A stretch of 63,385 nucleotides of DNA, filler included, from Octopus bimaculoides (GCF_001194135.2; 3 parts of 3 records of this genome joined end to end with filler, not necessarily neighbours in it); one strand, 5' to 3'. Counted from the whole stretch's first letter, positions 14,194-28,765 are shown. Notes: generated by a model from the letters alone, not told the origin. Numbers and translations are program-made.

Positions 14194-14334
14194 GGCGCAT
14201 TTCTAGGGCAAGTTGAGTTCTGTTGAATACTAATTAAGTCGTGTGGTAGGTTGTGATGGCACTGTGTTACGGAGACTTTTTGTTGATTAAATATAGGTAT
14301 ATGTTATGTCTTACAATTTATTCATGCATGTACC

Positions 14335-14379
14335 ACAGTCCGATGATGTCTTAACTTGTCGAAACTTAAAAGTCACTGT
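14335..14379 (+). ncRNA. Minimal type I hammerhead ribozyme-like motif (decayed), copy 2
   Basis: acagt CCGATGA tgtcttaacttgtc GAAAC ttaaaa GTC actgt. Perfect 5 bp helix I (ACAGT/ACTGT) and near-palindromic helix III, but a U4-to-C change in the core and an unpaired helix II. Confidence 0.55.
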
Positions 14380-15161
14380 CAATGCTATATTTGCTAAAGA
14401 AGAATATATTTCAAGAAGCTGTTTCCAATAATTCATTTGAATAAGTTTGTTACATGATCTTCCAGTATTTCAGAATATATTTATCAGAGTAGCGACACTT
14501 TCTGAATATCTCTGATCTTACATTTCGAGATCAGATTTGTTGAGGTATTTACGTTGTATTTATGTTTTCAGATAGCGGTCTACTGCAAGTTTTGATACAG
14601 CTTTGTTGCAATTTACATGTTCCAAAGAACTTCCATTTGATGTTGAATGCGGAAGCGTTTTATTTTCATATTTTCAAAGCCCATACTTAAATTGATTTTC
14701 ACCCCTCTTTTCTCTAAATCTGAAGAAGGAGCTGTAGATGAAGTATCAGCGTTCGAATCTACCTTCTTCCATATATATAGAGAGAAGTCATCCTCCGTGG
14801 CTGGATTTGGCTTACTGGTAGCTGCTTCCGTCTCATTGATAATTGCATCAGTATTTCGTGACTGACACAGAAGACATGTTTGCCTTTCTATATGTGTAGT
14901 TATTGATATAGTTTGTTTATATGTCATGAAGTCTTTCATCTCAATGGAACATCTGTAACTCGCTTTTATATTATTTCTATTGAATAATTTTTCGTATTCC
15001 TGATTAATGTAGAAATTTTAAAGGAAGATGTAAATTGGGCAATATCTTAGCAAAATATATAAACTGGGAAATATTATAGCCAAGTGAAAGATGTAAACTG
15101 GGCAGCATTATAACGTCATGTCTTACTAGTGACTGTATGTAGCGGTATGTGTGTGTATACG

Positions 15162-15206
<45 letters not shown>

Positions 15207-15887
15207 NNNNNNNNNNNNNNNNNNNNNNNNNNNNNNNNNNNNNNNNNNNNNNNNNNNNNNNNNNNNNNNNNNNNNNNNNNNNNNNNNNNNNNNNNNNNNN
15301 NNNNNNNNNNNNNNNNNNNNNNNNNNNNNNNNNNNNNNNNNNNNNNNNNNNNNNNNNNNNNNNNNNNNNNNNNNNNNNNNNNNNNNNNNNNNNNNNNNNN
15401 NNNNNNNNNNNNNNNNNNNNNNNNNNNNNNNNNNNNNNNNNNNNNNNNNNNNNNNNNNNNNNNNNNNNNNNNNNNNNNNNNNNNNNNNNNNNNNNNNNNN
15501 NNNNNNNNNNNNNNNNNNNNNNNNNNNNNNNNNNNNNNNNNNNNNNNNNNNNNNNNNNNNNNNNNNNNNNNNNNNNNNNNNNNNNNNNNNNNNNNNNNNN
15601 NNNNNNNNNNNNNNNNNNNNNNNNNNNNNNNNNNNNNNNNNNNNNNNNNNNNNNNNNNNNNNNNNNNNNNNNNNNNNNNNNNNNNNNNNNNNNNNNNNNN
15701 NNNNNNNNNNNNNNNNNNNNNNNNNNNNNNNNNNNNNNNNNNNNNNNNNNNNNNNNNNNNNNNNNNNNNNNNNNNNNNNNNNNNNNNNNNNNNNNNNNNN
15801 NNNNNNNNNNNNNNNNNNNNNNNNNNNNNNNNNNNNNNNNNNNNNNNNNNNNNNNNNNNNNNNNNNNNNNNNNNNNNNNNNNNNNNN

Positions 15888-15925
<38 letters not shown>

Positions 15926-18900
15926 TAATGATGATATACATAAAGTGTACTCCCATGAATAATGTAAATCTGAACGCTGTACACTGAATGTGTTGCTGAC
16001 GGTAACAGTTCCTGGCATGTTGCATCTATTATGTGGATTAAGGCTTCACTAATTCTTTATTGAATGCCGTTTATTTATGGAGAAGTCAGTCGGTACATGA
16101 ATAATCCTCTGTAAACCATAAACTAACGCACATCTATAGCAATAAAAACTTCTAGTGTTCGGGATTTGTGTAGACACCTAACGGCCATTACAAGACAGTG
16201 TCTATAAAATAACTGAGAACGTTCAGAACAGTTACAAACCCACATTACACCAACGATTCTGGTTGCTTTAATTTAATCGCTTAATGATTTATATTCGGCA
16301 CTACTATTTACGTAATACAATGCAAGAGTTTAAGTCATCGATTTCTCAATAAAAATACAAATGATAGTTTAGTTTCGGCTCGAATAAATGCACATCTTGA
16401 TGTGATTTCCATTTGAAATGATTGTGGACACCATAAGTTCAAAGCTGATTACCATAAATTCTTGTGTTTGTTTCTTTGAAAATACAATGTTATTGAAGAA
16501 GAAAATAATTTTCACGTTCGGTGTTCATTTAATCATAAATATTTAACAAATTAACACAAAAGCTGTTATTTCCGTAGAAGAATTTTCTAAAATATGCAAT
16601 GATTCTGACATTTGGGTCAGAATTTCTACACAATACAGTAAACATGCAAAGTAGCTTGCGCAATTTCATATGAGCTGTCGAAGATCAATAACTTAGGTCA
16701 GGGTGACCAACAATGAAATCTCGGAGATAACTAGCGCCTCTAGTGTAGAAGAATTGCTGATAACATCTCAGCTTTTAAGGGTCAGATAATCCGGATAGAA
16801 GGGCATCCATTTTCGATATAAATACAACAATCCAATATAAATCATAAAGAAAGAAGAGAGGTCAGTTCAAAATGTGTATAAAATGAGATTATTTTTAACC
16901 TACAGTGGATCAATATTGACTTGAATCAAGGGAAAACTATTCAAAACAGTCGAACATGGTCAAATTCGTCTTGGACCATTCACAGCGTCTTCGTGAACAA
17001 GGCTAAAAGCTTCTATGAAGTCAAAAGAAAAAGATTATAGAGAGGTAATGAGCGCCAATACATCACATCAGGGCAATGCTAATATTCTATAAGTTCCCAT
17101 GTTTTCCCTTTGAAGTTGTATATATATATATATTTGGTATAGTTATAATGTATGTCTGTATACAATCATTTGAACGGAAACATTAGCTCAAAGCTAATAT
17201 TAGAATGAGCGAAGGAAATATAATTTTATATTTATTAAGTGAATATATTTTACACCAAATGGAATAAAATTAATTTCGCAAAACAAATTCAGACAAAAAA
17301 AGTGTAACCACAGGGAATAAGCAGTTAATCAAACATCATCGGCGTTGCTGCATTCTCTCTGCTTAAACTAAATGTATTTAAATGTGTAAAGATATTTTAC
17401 TTAAATAAAAAGAAAAATAAACCAATATTGAAATTATGTGAATCTATTTTGTTTGGTTATTTTCTGTCTGAAAAACGTTGAGGTTCATATTAACCTTCAT
17501 CTAAATGGCGTCAATAAAATAAACCCCAGCAAAATATATTGCTTATATTCAGTTGAATATAGATGCTATTAAAAACGAGAGTCTTTGGTTCCTTTTAATG
17601 ATGTGGATGCTGCTAATTATTGGAGCTGGAGGCAAAATGTCTGCTGTGGTGTTCATGCCTCTATAGGAAGAATTACTGGCTTAGCTGGAGTATTACGCGT
17701 AGTGCTGATATTACTGCAAACAAGAGAAATCGGATAACCTTCTCAAGGGATTAGAAGGGCGCCTGTACATGGTATGACCATTCTGGTCGTTAAAAGTAGC
17801 GGACAGATATTCCTTAATTCAAACCTACCCTCTTTAAAAAAAAAAAGATACTTTGGATAGCGTAGTCCTAAAAACATAATTTCTAAAAGATAAGAAAGAA
17901 GGGTCAAAGCTGGAAGACATGATTCAAGGTATACTTAACCATGCAACGATAACAAATCCATTCAATGGTGAACAACGGTTTTATTGATTACAAATCAATA
18001 CTGAATGATACCCACATTTAAGAGGAACACAAACGAAGTTTCTTCCGTATTTTTATTCCACCCTGAAAGAAAAAACAAAGATTCACTCGTCACGATTCAA
18101 ACATGAAGACTAAATCTAACCACAACCGTCAGTGAAAACTTCTCGATCACATTCTACTAAAATAACATGTTTTACGTTTGTTTATTCGTGAGAGAGAAGA
18201 TATATAATTGTTTATAAGATACCCAAAGGTCACAATGAGTTTATTGTAACGCTTAACGCTATCAAATGTTATTTTACGTCTTCTTGCATCTTTCTATCTC
18301 GAAAAACAAGGACAAAGACTAACTTAGATTCTATGGCTCTATACAGACAGAGCTGGTCTCTTTATCGCTAATTTCTCCATGAATGGAAACCAGATGAATC
18401 TATAATTTAATAAATGAAAAGAATATCAGCTTCGTTTGAATCTTATTCATGTGGTTTTTACTTTTATGTTTATTTCTCTGTTTGACTTTTCTGCGAGTCA
18501 AATTATATATTTTATTTCTAAACGAGACAAAAACAAACTTATGATAATAATATCAAAGGAAAGGACACACACAGACACATAGAAAAACACACACACAGAC
18601 GCACACATGTATATATATATACAAATGCGCACGCACAAACACAGAAATAGATATACACTCACACCAACCAGATGTATACACACACACACGTTCAGTAACA
18701 GAGACACACAATTATATTTTATCTCTCATTCACTCGCTCACTTTCTGTCGTTTTCTCTATGATATACAAAGATGCATATATGTAAACATACACATACGTA
18801 GAATAATATGTATGTTGTGCACATATGTGCGTAATTATACATGCACATATACATATATCAATATATATATATATATATANNNNNNNNNNNNNNNNNNNNN

Positions 18901-19491
18901 NNNNNNNNNNNNNNNNNNNNNNNNNNNNNNNNNNNNNNNNNNNNNNNNNNNNNNNNNNNNNNNNNNNNNNNNNNNNNNNNNNNNNNNNNNNNNNNNNNNN
19001 NNNNNNNNNNNNNNNNNNNNNNNNNNNNNNNNNNNNNNNNNNNNNNNNNNNNNNNNNNNNNNNNNNNNNNNNNNNNNNNNNNNNNNNNNNATATATACGT
19101 ACATACTTTCATAATATACGCTTATATAATGTAGACATGAAAATTATCGATTTTCACAATTTTTAATAAGAAATCGATATAAATATATATGTATGGATTT
19201 AATAACTTTCATGTCTAGATTATTTTCATAGACACCCTTCACCGTACACACACATGCACACACAGCTACACATATATGTGTATATATAGCAGTAGCGCAT
19301 GTATGTAACTATGTATGCGTCTGTATGTGAACTTGACTATGTTTATGCCAGTGTGTGTGTGTATATGCTTGTGTCTCAATTAATGTATGTGTGTGTGCAC
19401 GTCTGTGAAATTGCATAATGGGCGTGTCTATCTGTATAACGTTTTCCAGTGTGTTCGTGGGTGTATGTGTTCTTCTCTCTTTGTGTGTGTG

Positions 19492-19541
<50 letters not shown>

Positions 19542-19604
19542 CGACTGTCTTTAGTCAAGTGTCCAAAAATGATAGTTGAGTGTAGATTAGTGTTAAGTTT
19601 TACC

Positions 19605-19678
<74 letters not shown>

Positions 19679-20184
19679 AAGAGAGAGAGAAAAAAAGAGA
19701 GAGAGAAAGAGAGATGTGTCACTTGGTTTAAAGACAAGTGTTTACTGTTGATTACGCGATAATTATTTCCGTTTCTTTAATCACTTATGTTATAAATATT
19801 AAATACGGGTATGTGTGTACATCTGCATATATTTGTGCACATGTAGATGTGCGTGTATATTTATCTAAACACGAACAATCTATTTATGATCCAATAATTA
19901 TTGGCAGAATAAATAAAACCACAATATGAAAGTCCGTTAAATGAAGACTGCTTAGAGAAATAAGTTAAGAATTAATTTAAATTTATTATATATAATATTC
20001 TGTCACCGTGATGCAAAATATTAATGATCGTTTACTTGTATCTTCCTAAGATTTGCTGATAGTTAAATGAGAGTATTTATTATCTGACACATACAGTCGA
20101 GAATTGTCCAACCACAGAATAGAAATAGTGTTTTTCTGTCGTAAGTGCTGGACTTAGCGTCTCAAAACAACTTCTCTCTCTCTC

Positions 20185-22080
20185 TACTATGGTCATTTTA
20201 AATGTAACATGTGGTCATTTTGACCCCATGCAATGTATCACCAATATGTTTTGAATGCATGGTCAATATATTTACCATTTGCCGACAAAAACAGGTAAAT
20301 ATTTTCTCTTAATATTTTGAGCTAACTTTGTAGAATGACATTGACTGGTGTCCACAACCAGCAAAGATCGGATAAATGTGTTTTAATTTCTGCGGTGTGT
20401 GGATCATAAAAGGTGTAGATTTCTCACGGAGAAGCATTATCACATGGCCTTTGAATGGCTCCTGCCAATAAGAAACCACGATATATGAAGCAGATATCAA
20501 GTCTATAGAAATAAGCGTTATTCACAAACCTCTACCACCACTTTGATTTGATAGAAGAACATTCATAAGAAGCTTTTGTAAGCCAAGCACTTCCTTGAGG
20601 AACTTCGTAAGGCACAATGCAACAAAACTTGCAATCTGCATTTAGCTGCTGAAAGACATAATAACAGTATAAATTGTATAAAAAATCGTCTAAACCTGTA
20701 GACCCTGCTAACCTAGGAAATGTGATCAACTTTTGAGAATTCATGAAATTGTCCGCTCTTTGTTTTAAATTTTTATTACTACGATATATTTTATAAAAGT
20801 CTCCATGAATAACGATAATAGAAATGCTTATTGTACTTTTATTTGTCACCAAATTTGGTCAGAATTATGCTAGCATACATACATACATACATGCTTGTAT
20901 ATATGCATACATACATACACATATATATAGAATGCGAATTTCATATGGATTAAACAGTTTGAAAACAAAGAATTAAGTAATTTAATTTTACAACAGAAAA
21001 ACATCTCCCGAGTTTCCTAACTCATATGATACAATAATACTCTTACAACCATGGTGGTTTCAGAACCTCACACCGAATCATCTGGTGCTTGATAGAAATC
21101 CACAAGACTTACACCTGTCTTACAACTCACATTATCCAAGTAAATTTTCAAATTTATTGCATATCGTTCCATTGGCAGTTTTTGATCATTTTGTTTAAGA
21201 CGGAAACTGTCACTACTTTTTGGCACAGAAAGGGCAGTGTCTCTGGCATATTTGATTCTTAAATACAGCCTATCGACCTCTTCTTTATCTGGTATATCTG
21301 TCATGAGATAGTCATCTGCCTTAGTGCTGCTAGTATGCGGTCCACCATGATTTTTCAAAATATCCGAATCGGCTGATCGGCGTCTATATTGGCGACTTCG
21401 TTCTTTCCCACTCCTCCCACCATTAACTACTTCTGGCGGTCATCCCATTTTTTATGATGTCAATTAGCGGTGTCATTGATAAATTTTTCCTTACCTCAAT
21501 GATGCTAGTAACAGATATTAAAAGTCTCCTTATAGAACTATCTTCATAAAAAAAGTATAGAACTATATTATCACCTTCAAATTTGCGAAACAAACACTCA
21601 TAACTGTTTTCATTTAAAACTTCATTGCATGAGATTGATGCCATGAAATTCCTTGAAATGAGCTCTATCATATAAGCTTAATTAAAATATTGTTTGTGTT
21701 TAAAAACGTTAATTATACTTAAATCCAATCTTTTGCATTACGTATATTTTTCCATGACATTTTATCTCACAACTTTTTTAATACAAATTTTTGTTGTATG
21801 GCATCCAAAACTATAAAATTCTTCACGCTTTCTTCTGTCATTGGAGCTAAGATAAATATATTTTGCTTTTAAAATAAAAAAAAAATGTTATTTAGATCTA
21901 AACTTGAGTGGTGGTGTTAATTACTCTCCTATAACGTTGCTACAAATTTTGATGTAAAGTTTTTTTCTACTGGATCAAATCTCAATTTTTTATGCCAAAA
22001 TGTAGCTAGGGACCAGTCCTCTTCAAAACTGTTAAAAGTTCTCAATTTGGTTAAAAACCAAATTAGAAACAAGCTCTGAA
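20185..22080 (-). mobile_element. Decayed unclassified transposase-like coding relic
   Basis: Several co-oriented complex ORF pieces; the best is ILKNHGGPHTSSTKADDYL...RLYLRIKYARDTALSVPKSSDSFRLKQNDQKLPMERYAINLKIYL. No splice pairs found. Repeated ggtcattt motifs and a ggtcattttgacc palindrome sit at the left end. Confidence 0.4.
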
Positions 22081-25000
22081 AAAGTTGCTGCGTGTGAGTA
22101 AATTGAAGTCTTAAGAATATTATTCAACTACTACAGTAGTTGAATGATACTTCATATAGTTTCTTCTAACATTAGTCACCATCACGGGGTAATAGAATCG
22201 CAGAAATGATAGTGCATCCCTACATTTAGCTAAGTTTCTTCCACTCAGATCAACTTTGCTTTTCATCCTGCCGAGCCCGATAGACTACAGTATCGAAGAA
22301 GAATTATCACAATTCCTAGCCTTCGACCTGTATAACAAATACTTATCATACTAGGAAACAAATAGGGGGGGGGGTTAAGAAAGCAAATAGACGAATGATG
22401 AAAATGTCAGGAATCGAAACCACACAGCATTGGTTTAGAAACTGTAATCGGTGATTCCTAACATTTAGAGTTCTAGTGGTTTTACAAGCTCTCTCTCTCT
22501 CTCTCTCTCTCTCTTTTCTTTCATTATTCTTTCCTCGTTTTCATTCTATATTATTTATAGTTTCACACATAATTTTCTAAGAATCCCACTCGATTTCATG
22601 AAATATCTGCTCCCCTCTTGTCTGATTCACCCAAGAATTTATATATTGGGACAATGAAAACATTTGTCCACTGATTCATATGCTCCTATTTTGAGAGGGA
22701 AACAAGCATACATGTATAGCATTTAGGATTTTCACTATTATGTATAATGTTTATTATGTATAATATTAAATGTTCAGGTAAGATTATTAATTTAAAGCAT
22801 GTTTAAGAATAGCAACATAGCATTTAGAGATGTGGGGTTCTCAATACCAAGTGTAGAGTCAAATTTATTATTAAATTCGTGTTGGCTATGCATGTGCGTA
22901 CGTGAATATATCAGTGCGTATGAATGTGTGTATACATTTGTACGCATTCATAAATTACAAATAAAAGACTATTTTCAAACAATGGGCCCCATGTGACATA
23001 AGTATTCAACGTAGCTAATATTCATTTTTGTTTAATTTTAGACTGACGGATGCTCCGTTTTGCCTTTTTATTGACTGATAAACCACACACGTGGCCGATA
23101 ATCTACTGTTTGATCTCATTGACCCGAATCACAGTGAAGATTATCGGCAAGAATATCTTCTAAGGATGTCACTCTTTAAATTTCCGACCGAAAGGGATGC
23201 TAATTAAGGTGCGATTCAATGCGTTATATTTTGTCTGTTTGCACCAGGTGTACGTATGTGTATGTTTGTATATGTGTGTTTGTATGTTGTGTTTGTGATG
23301 TTAAAATTAATTCTAAAACAGGTAATAGTTATTGCAGCGAAAATCGAAAAATTATGTTCTTTGTTTAAAATCTTTCTTTCTGTCCGTTTCTGAGAATATT
23401 GTTTCTTTATTTTTGACTAGAATCTTATTTATTTGTAAAGATGTTTTAAATAAAATTGTATCCCGTCTTTGTACTGAGTTTGTAAACTTCATTACAGTTG
23501 TACAGAAGAAAAAAAAATGATAAAAAAAATGTTTCATAAAATTCTACAAGTCCTTGAAGAATTCTTAAAAGCTAAAACCAAATGCTAAAAAATAAAAATG
23601 TTTTTGCCAATTTTCCGCTGGAGTCATGTCAAATTCTTGGTGATTAATATCGCAAATTCCAAACCATAATGTCAATGGCAGCATCTTATAGAATGATTTA
23701 TTGGCTTCGACCGAAAAATCCTTAAGAATATTTAATTAATTTTCTAAATTAAATTGCTTCATCCAACAACAGAATTTAGTATTAAAACGAGCGAGCAATT
23801 ACTTCCAGCAGTAGGCTCCATTTAGCAACGAACTAAAGCAGACAGCGATATATGGTGGCAAAGATTGTTGGTAAATATTATCTTCTAAATGACTTATCGT
23901 ATTAATATCGATACATATTTGTTTAAATCACATGATATCTAAATAAACTTTAGCGTCAAATAAATAAACTTTAGAATCCAATAAATATGCTAACAATCCT
24001 GTGTATGTAACTTCTAATGATGTTTATTGGGGAAAATATAATGGATAGGTTTTTTGTGCGTTTCTCTCGATAGACACGAAGCGTAAGAATGGGCAAACAT
24101 GATCTCATTTCATTTTGAAATTTGAAGAGATAGAAGAATTTATAGAAGTGATAGATAACAGATAGTGTATAAAAAAAAAGAAATATACTGAAGGATTTTG
24201 TTGGTTTCTCGCAGCATAGCTCAATGCGTAAAAAAATCACAGATAATAAATATTAAAAGAGAAAAAGAAGAAAAGTGTTAAAGTATGATCTTAGAAATAT
24301 TTACTTATTTTTGATGTGCTAAGAAAAATACTCGTTTTAATTCTTTATTTTTCTTTTTAAAGAACTAGAAACAGATAAACGACTTGCATCTGTCATTAAC
24401 ATATCAGATTAGTTCAATTCATCAGGTAAGTGTTGCATTTGACGTTTCGAATTTTTCCGTTCGTCTAAAAGCAAAGAACAGATGTTGTTATGGTTTTGAG
24501 TGGAAGCAAGTTAAGCAAGATGGCAGTGTAAATTCTTTTAGCGAGACACAAACATTCGATCATATGAAACATCATACACTAGAGGGATTGCGGGTTCGTG
24601 GCTAACGATGTATCAAAGTTTGAAAATTGCTGTTTTGTATTAAAATTTGAATACAGGGCAATTGTTTTGGTAATTGTCTATGATACCTGTTATCGAATTT
24701 AGAAATGGCCAATATATTCCTAGTCTTCCCTGTTTGCTTTCTTATATTCATCATCACATTTGCAATCATTTACTACTGACACTATCCCTATGGCCATCGT
24801 CATCATCATCAATAACTTTGTGATTGTATTTATATTTGTCATTGTCATCAGGATCATTATCAGCAGCAGAAGCTGTAGTAGTAGTAGCAGCAGCATTTTT
24901 GGTGCTGGTGTCGAAAACATCGTCGCTTTCAACATTATCTTTATTATCACCGTCATCCCGAAAACCACCACCAACACTGAAACCACTGCCACCATCTCCA

Positions 25001-25905
25001 CAAGCAGCGTCAACTATACCAGTACCACAAGCACCAACAACACTACCAGAACCAACGACACCACCACCTCGATCACCACTATCACCCATACCACCGAGGT
25101 CATCATCATCAAGATCATCATCATCACCATCATATAACTTCCTCTGCTAACGAAATCCACACCAAATATTGGAGTTATTACATCAATCTGCAGCATACGT
25201 GATCAATTCCATATAATGATCACCAAGCAATCATCACCAATATTAAACTATTTTCTAAATGGATTCTGTAATATCATATCAAATATAATTCTAATTTTAA
25301 AATAAAACATATTTCACTAATTCACAATTTAAATTTTGCTCCTTTTATTCTTTGAAATTAGATTCGATTTTACAACTGAATAACACTGGATATAAAAGAT
25401 TCATAATATTAACAACTTTAATTAAGGGAATTTATACGACGAGTTAAGGTGTTCACAATTGCTGGGATACACATCACGTAGCAAGGAACTCTAAAAAAAT
25501 ATCTGATAAATGGTGGCCGTGCTCAAAATGAAAATACTACTGGTTCATAGATTAGAAACGTTACATAGAAATTGTAAACCAAGAAATTAAATAAGGATAA
25601 TTCATTAAGATAATTAATCATGCCTAACATTTCGTCATCTATTTAATAAGTAATCTACTTACAATAGATACCGTCAAGACGAAATAATTAATGGAGAATA
25701 ATTTTTCAAGCATTTTTGTGATATTTATTATACGAAAAATATAGCCGAATTCTTTCCCAGTAACGGAAGTTCCACGTACGCTTTTGTGGTCATTGATAAC
25801 GATTTACAATAAGATTTCGCACATATATACCCATACAAGGCAATTATTTATGAACGGGCACATATGCCTAATTCAGACTGTGCACACCATTGGATGGATA
25901 GATAG

Positions 25906-26000
<95 letters not shown>

Positions 26001-26022
26001 TAGATAGATAGATAGATCGATC

Positions 26023-26077
<55 letters not shown>

Positions 26078-26871
26078 GTGTATATTTACTGCAGAACGTG
26101 ATTCAAAGAGCGTAAAATTATATAATTATATACATTCTGCATAGTGCTGTAAACAACTCAACTTTTGTTAAAACGAAAGCGGTTTTTCATTTTAAAATAT
26201 GGGAGAATCGAAAAGTTGAAATTGTATAGTAAGTCAATAAAAGAGAATGGTAAACAGGACCTTTATTCGATCTACTATTTCTATTTGACAGAATTCAGAT
26301 AAACCTTTCCATGTAGGGACCAAATTCAGACGTCTCTGAAGGACAAAAGTTTAAGAGAAGCTTACTGTAATGGCGTTATATTCAGAATATTTCATAATGG
26401 GTGATTCGAGCGGGCTGGATATCATTTAATCAGTTCGCATAATGAGAGAAGCTGATCGTCTGCCAGGATACCCTTGTGTGTTGAGCTTACCCAGAAAGGA
26501 AACAGCTTTCAAAATATATTAATTCTAATCGCTTAACAGTAATACTTCAGGGAGGTATATGTAGAAGCTATCGATTTACATCCTACATCGAAACGAGAAT
26601 CGCTGAGATATAGACCTGCACAGCAAAAAATATGCGTGTAGTTGTGTGTGTGTGAGAGATAGAGAGAGAGAGGGAGAGAGGAAGAGAGTGTGTGTGTGTC
26701 TGTGCATGTGAATGTACGTCTGGAAGTATCACTGTTTGTAACTTTCTATATATGGATGTATGTATGCATGCATGTATGCATGTATGTCTAATTGCGTATC
26801 GTATGTAAGTAAAAATGTATGTATGCATGTATGTATGCATGTATGTAAGCTTGTAAATATGTATGGACCTA

Positions 26872-26913
<42 letters not shown>

Positions 26914-26915
26914 TA

Positions 26916-27015
26916 NNNNNNNNNNNNNNNNNNNNNNNNNNNNNNNNNNNNNNNNNNNNTTAATTAATTAANNNNNNNNNNNNNNNNNNNNNNNNNNNNN
27001 NNNNNNNNNNNNNNN
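26916..27015. other. Artificial scaffold spacer (44 N + TTAATTAATTAA + 44 N)
   Basis: Exactly 100 nt and symmetric; the 12-mer at 26960-26971 has stops in all six frames. An identical construct lies at 47183-47282. Confidence 0.9.
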
Positions 27016-27264
27016 GATAACATTGGGAAATTGAGAAATTGGATTTACCAAAGCAAATGTCATCTTCAAGGGAGGTAACTTTTACTTTATGACGATTATC
27101 TTCCCTTTGCACGCTTTGCTTTAATTTTCAATTTGCAAGACGGAGGGAAAAAGGGAGAGAGAGAGACAGACAGGCAGACAAACAGACAGACAGATAGACA
27201 AAGATACGTGTATATATGGATGGATGGACGGTATATATGTATGAATGTATTGTTTTCTTTTATT

Positions 27265-27975
27265 CATTTACTTGTTTCAGTCGTTTGATTGCGGCCATGC
27301 TCGAGCAAATCGACCCCAGGACTTATTCTTTGTAAGCCTAGTACTTATTCTTTCCGTCCCTTGAAGTTGACATTCGTTTTGGTAAATATATCTAATTTCC
27401 CAATTTTCCAAGCTGCTACCACTCACAAGGCTTTGGTTAGCCCGAGGCTATAGTAGAAGAAACTTACCCAAGGTGCCATGCAGTGGGACTGAACCCAGAA
27501 TCATGTAGTTGGTAAGCAAGCTTCTTACCACACAACCATTTATACACGTGTGTGTCTGTTTGTTTTTCACTACTGCTTGACCACTGGTGTTGGTGTGTTT
27601 ATGTCCCTGTAACTTAGTGGTTCAGCAAAAGACACTGATAGAATAAGTACCAGGCTTTACAAAAATATCAATTCTTCAAAACAGTGCCCCAGTATGGCCA
27701 CAGTTTAATGACTAAAACAAAGACAAAAGATATATATATATATGCATACATATGTATGTATATGTATGTGTGTGTCTTTGTCCCCACCACTGCTTGACAA
27801 CCGGTGTTGGTTTGTTTGCATCTCCCTAACTTAGCAGTTTGGCAAAAGACACCAATAGAATAATTACCAGACTTAACAAAATCAAATAGCAAAAAAATTA
27901 TAAAGGGGTCGATTTGTTCAACCAAAACCCTTGAAGGTGGTGCTCCAGCATGACCAGTCAGATGACTGCAGCCAG
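27265..27975. mobile_element. Cluster of three SINE family B pieces
   Basis: Minus copy 27265-27540 with an unrelated central segment, followed by two plus-strand 3' halves (27545-27725 and 27765-27975). Confidence 0.7.
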
Positions 27976-28721
27976 GAAAAAAGTAACAAAAAATATAGAA
28001 GAAAAACGTTTTAAAATCACATAAAAAAAGACACCAACACATTAATTTGGATTTATTTATTTTATTTTATTAATTAATTAATTATTTATTTTATTTACAA
28101 GAGATTCAGGTGAATTTTAATTTGTTTTTAATTATTTTTTTTTCTTTAGTAAATTACAAACTTTACAAATATTTCAGGTTTTCAAATCCTCAGTGAAAAA
28201 AAAGAAAAATTCATTGTCACACAGAGAGACAAACAGACAGACACACACACACAGACACATCCACACCCACAATTTTATGATTATTATTAAAAAAATTGAT
28301 TTTTTTTATGACCAGGCACCAAGACCATTTACAAAGTTTTGGTTTATTTCCACCTCTTCAGTGGAAAAAAGAAATCATTCACACATACACAGATTTTATT
28401 AATTACAATTAAAAAAATAATGGGTATTTTTTTTTTTTATGACTAGGCACCAAGACCAATTATTGCATGGATGGGAGGGTGAGAGAAAAAAAAAAAAAGC
28501 AAGAGGACTGCAGTATAGCAAGAGAACTGAATGTATAGATAACACCCAGCATATTACTGGGACAAAAAAAAAAAAGTACAGTCATCGGTCACAGCAAGAT
28601 TTTGATTAAATAAACCACAAAAGAAAAAAAAAATTAAGGGAACTGATTACATATTAATTAAATAATTAACAAAATTACATATTTAAGGCATTTAATCCAA
28701 CAGTCATCTGATTCCCCCAGA

Positions 28722-28723
<2 letters not shown>

Positions 28724-28765
<42 letters not shown>

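Noticed and set aside
15116-16025. Long ORFs of 260-390 aa in the track (also 31836-33048, 33453-34413, 43072-44133)
   Set aside because: They consist almost entirely of N runs translated as X.
24720-25196. Thr/Pro/Ser-rich mucin-like ORFs in several frames
   Set aside because: Degenerate CAT/CAC/AGT trinucleotide sequence open on both strands, with no splice or domain support.
28250-28460. ~130 bp spaced direct repeat (ttttatgaccaggcaccaagacca / ttttatgactaggcaccaagacca)
   Set aside because: An ordinary decayed local duplication with no further structure.
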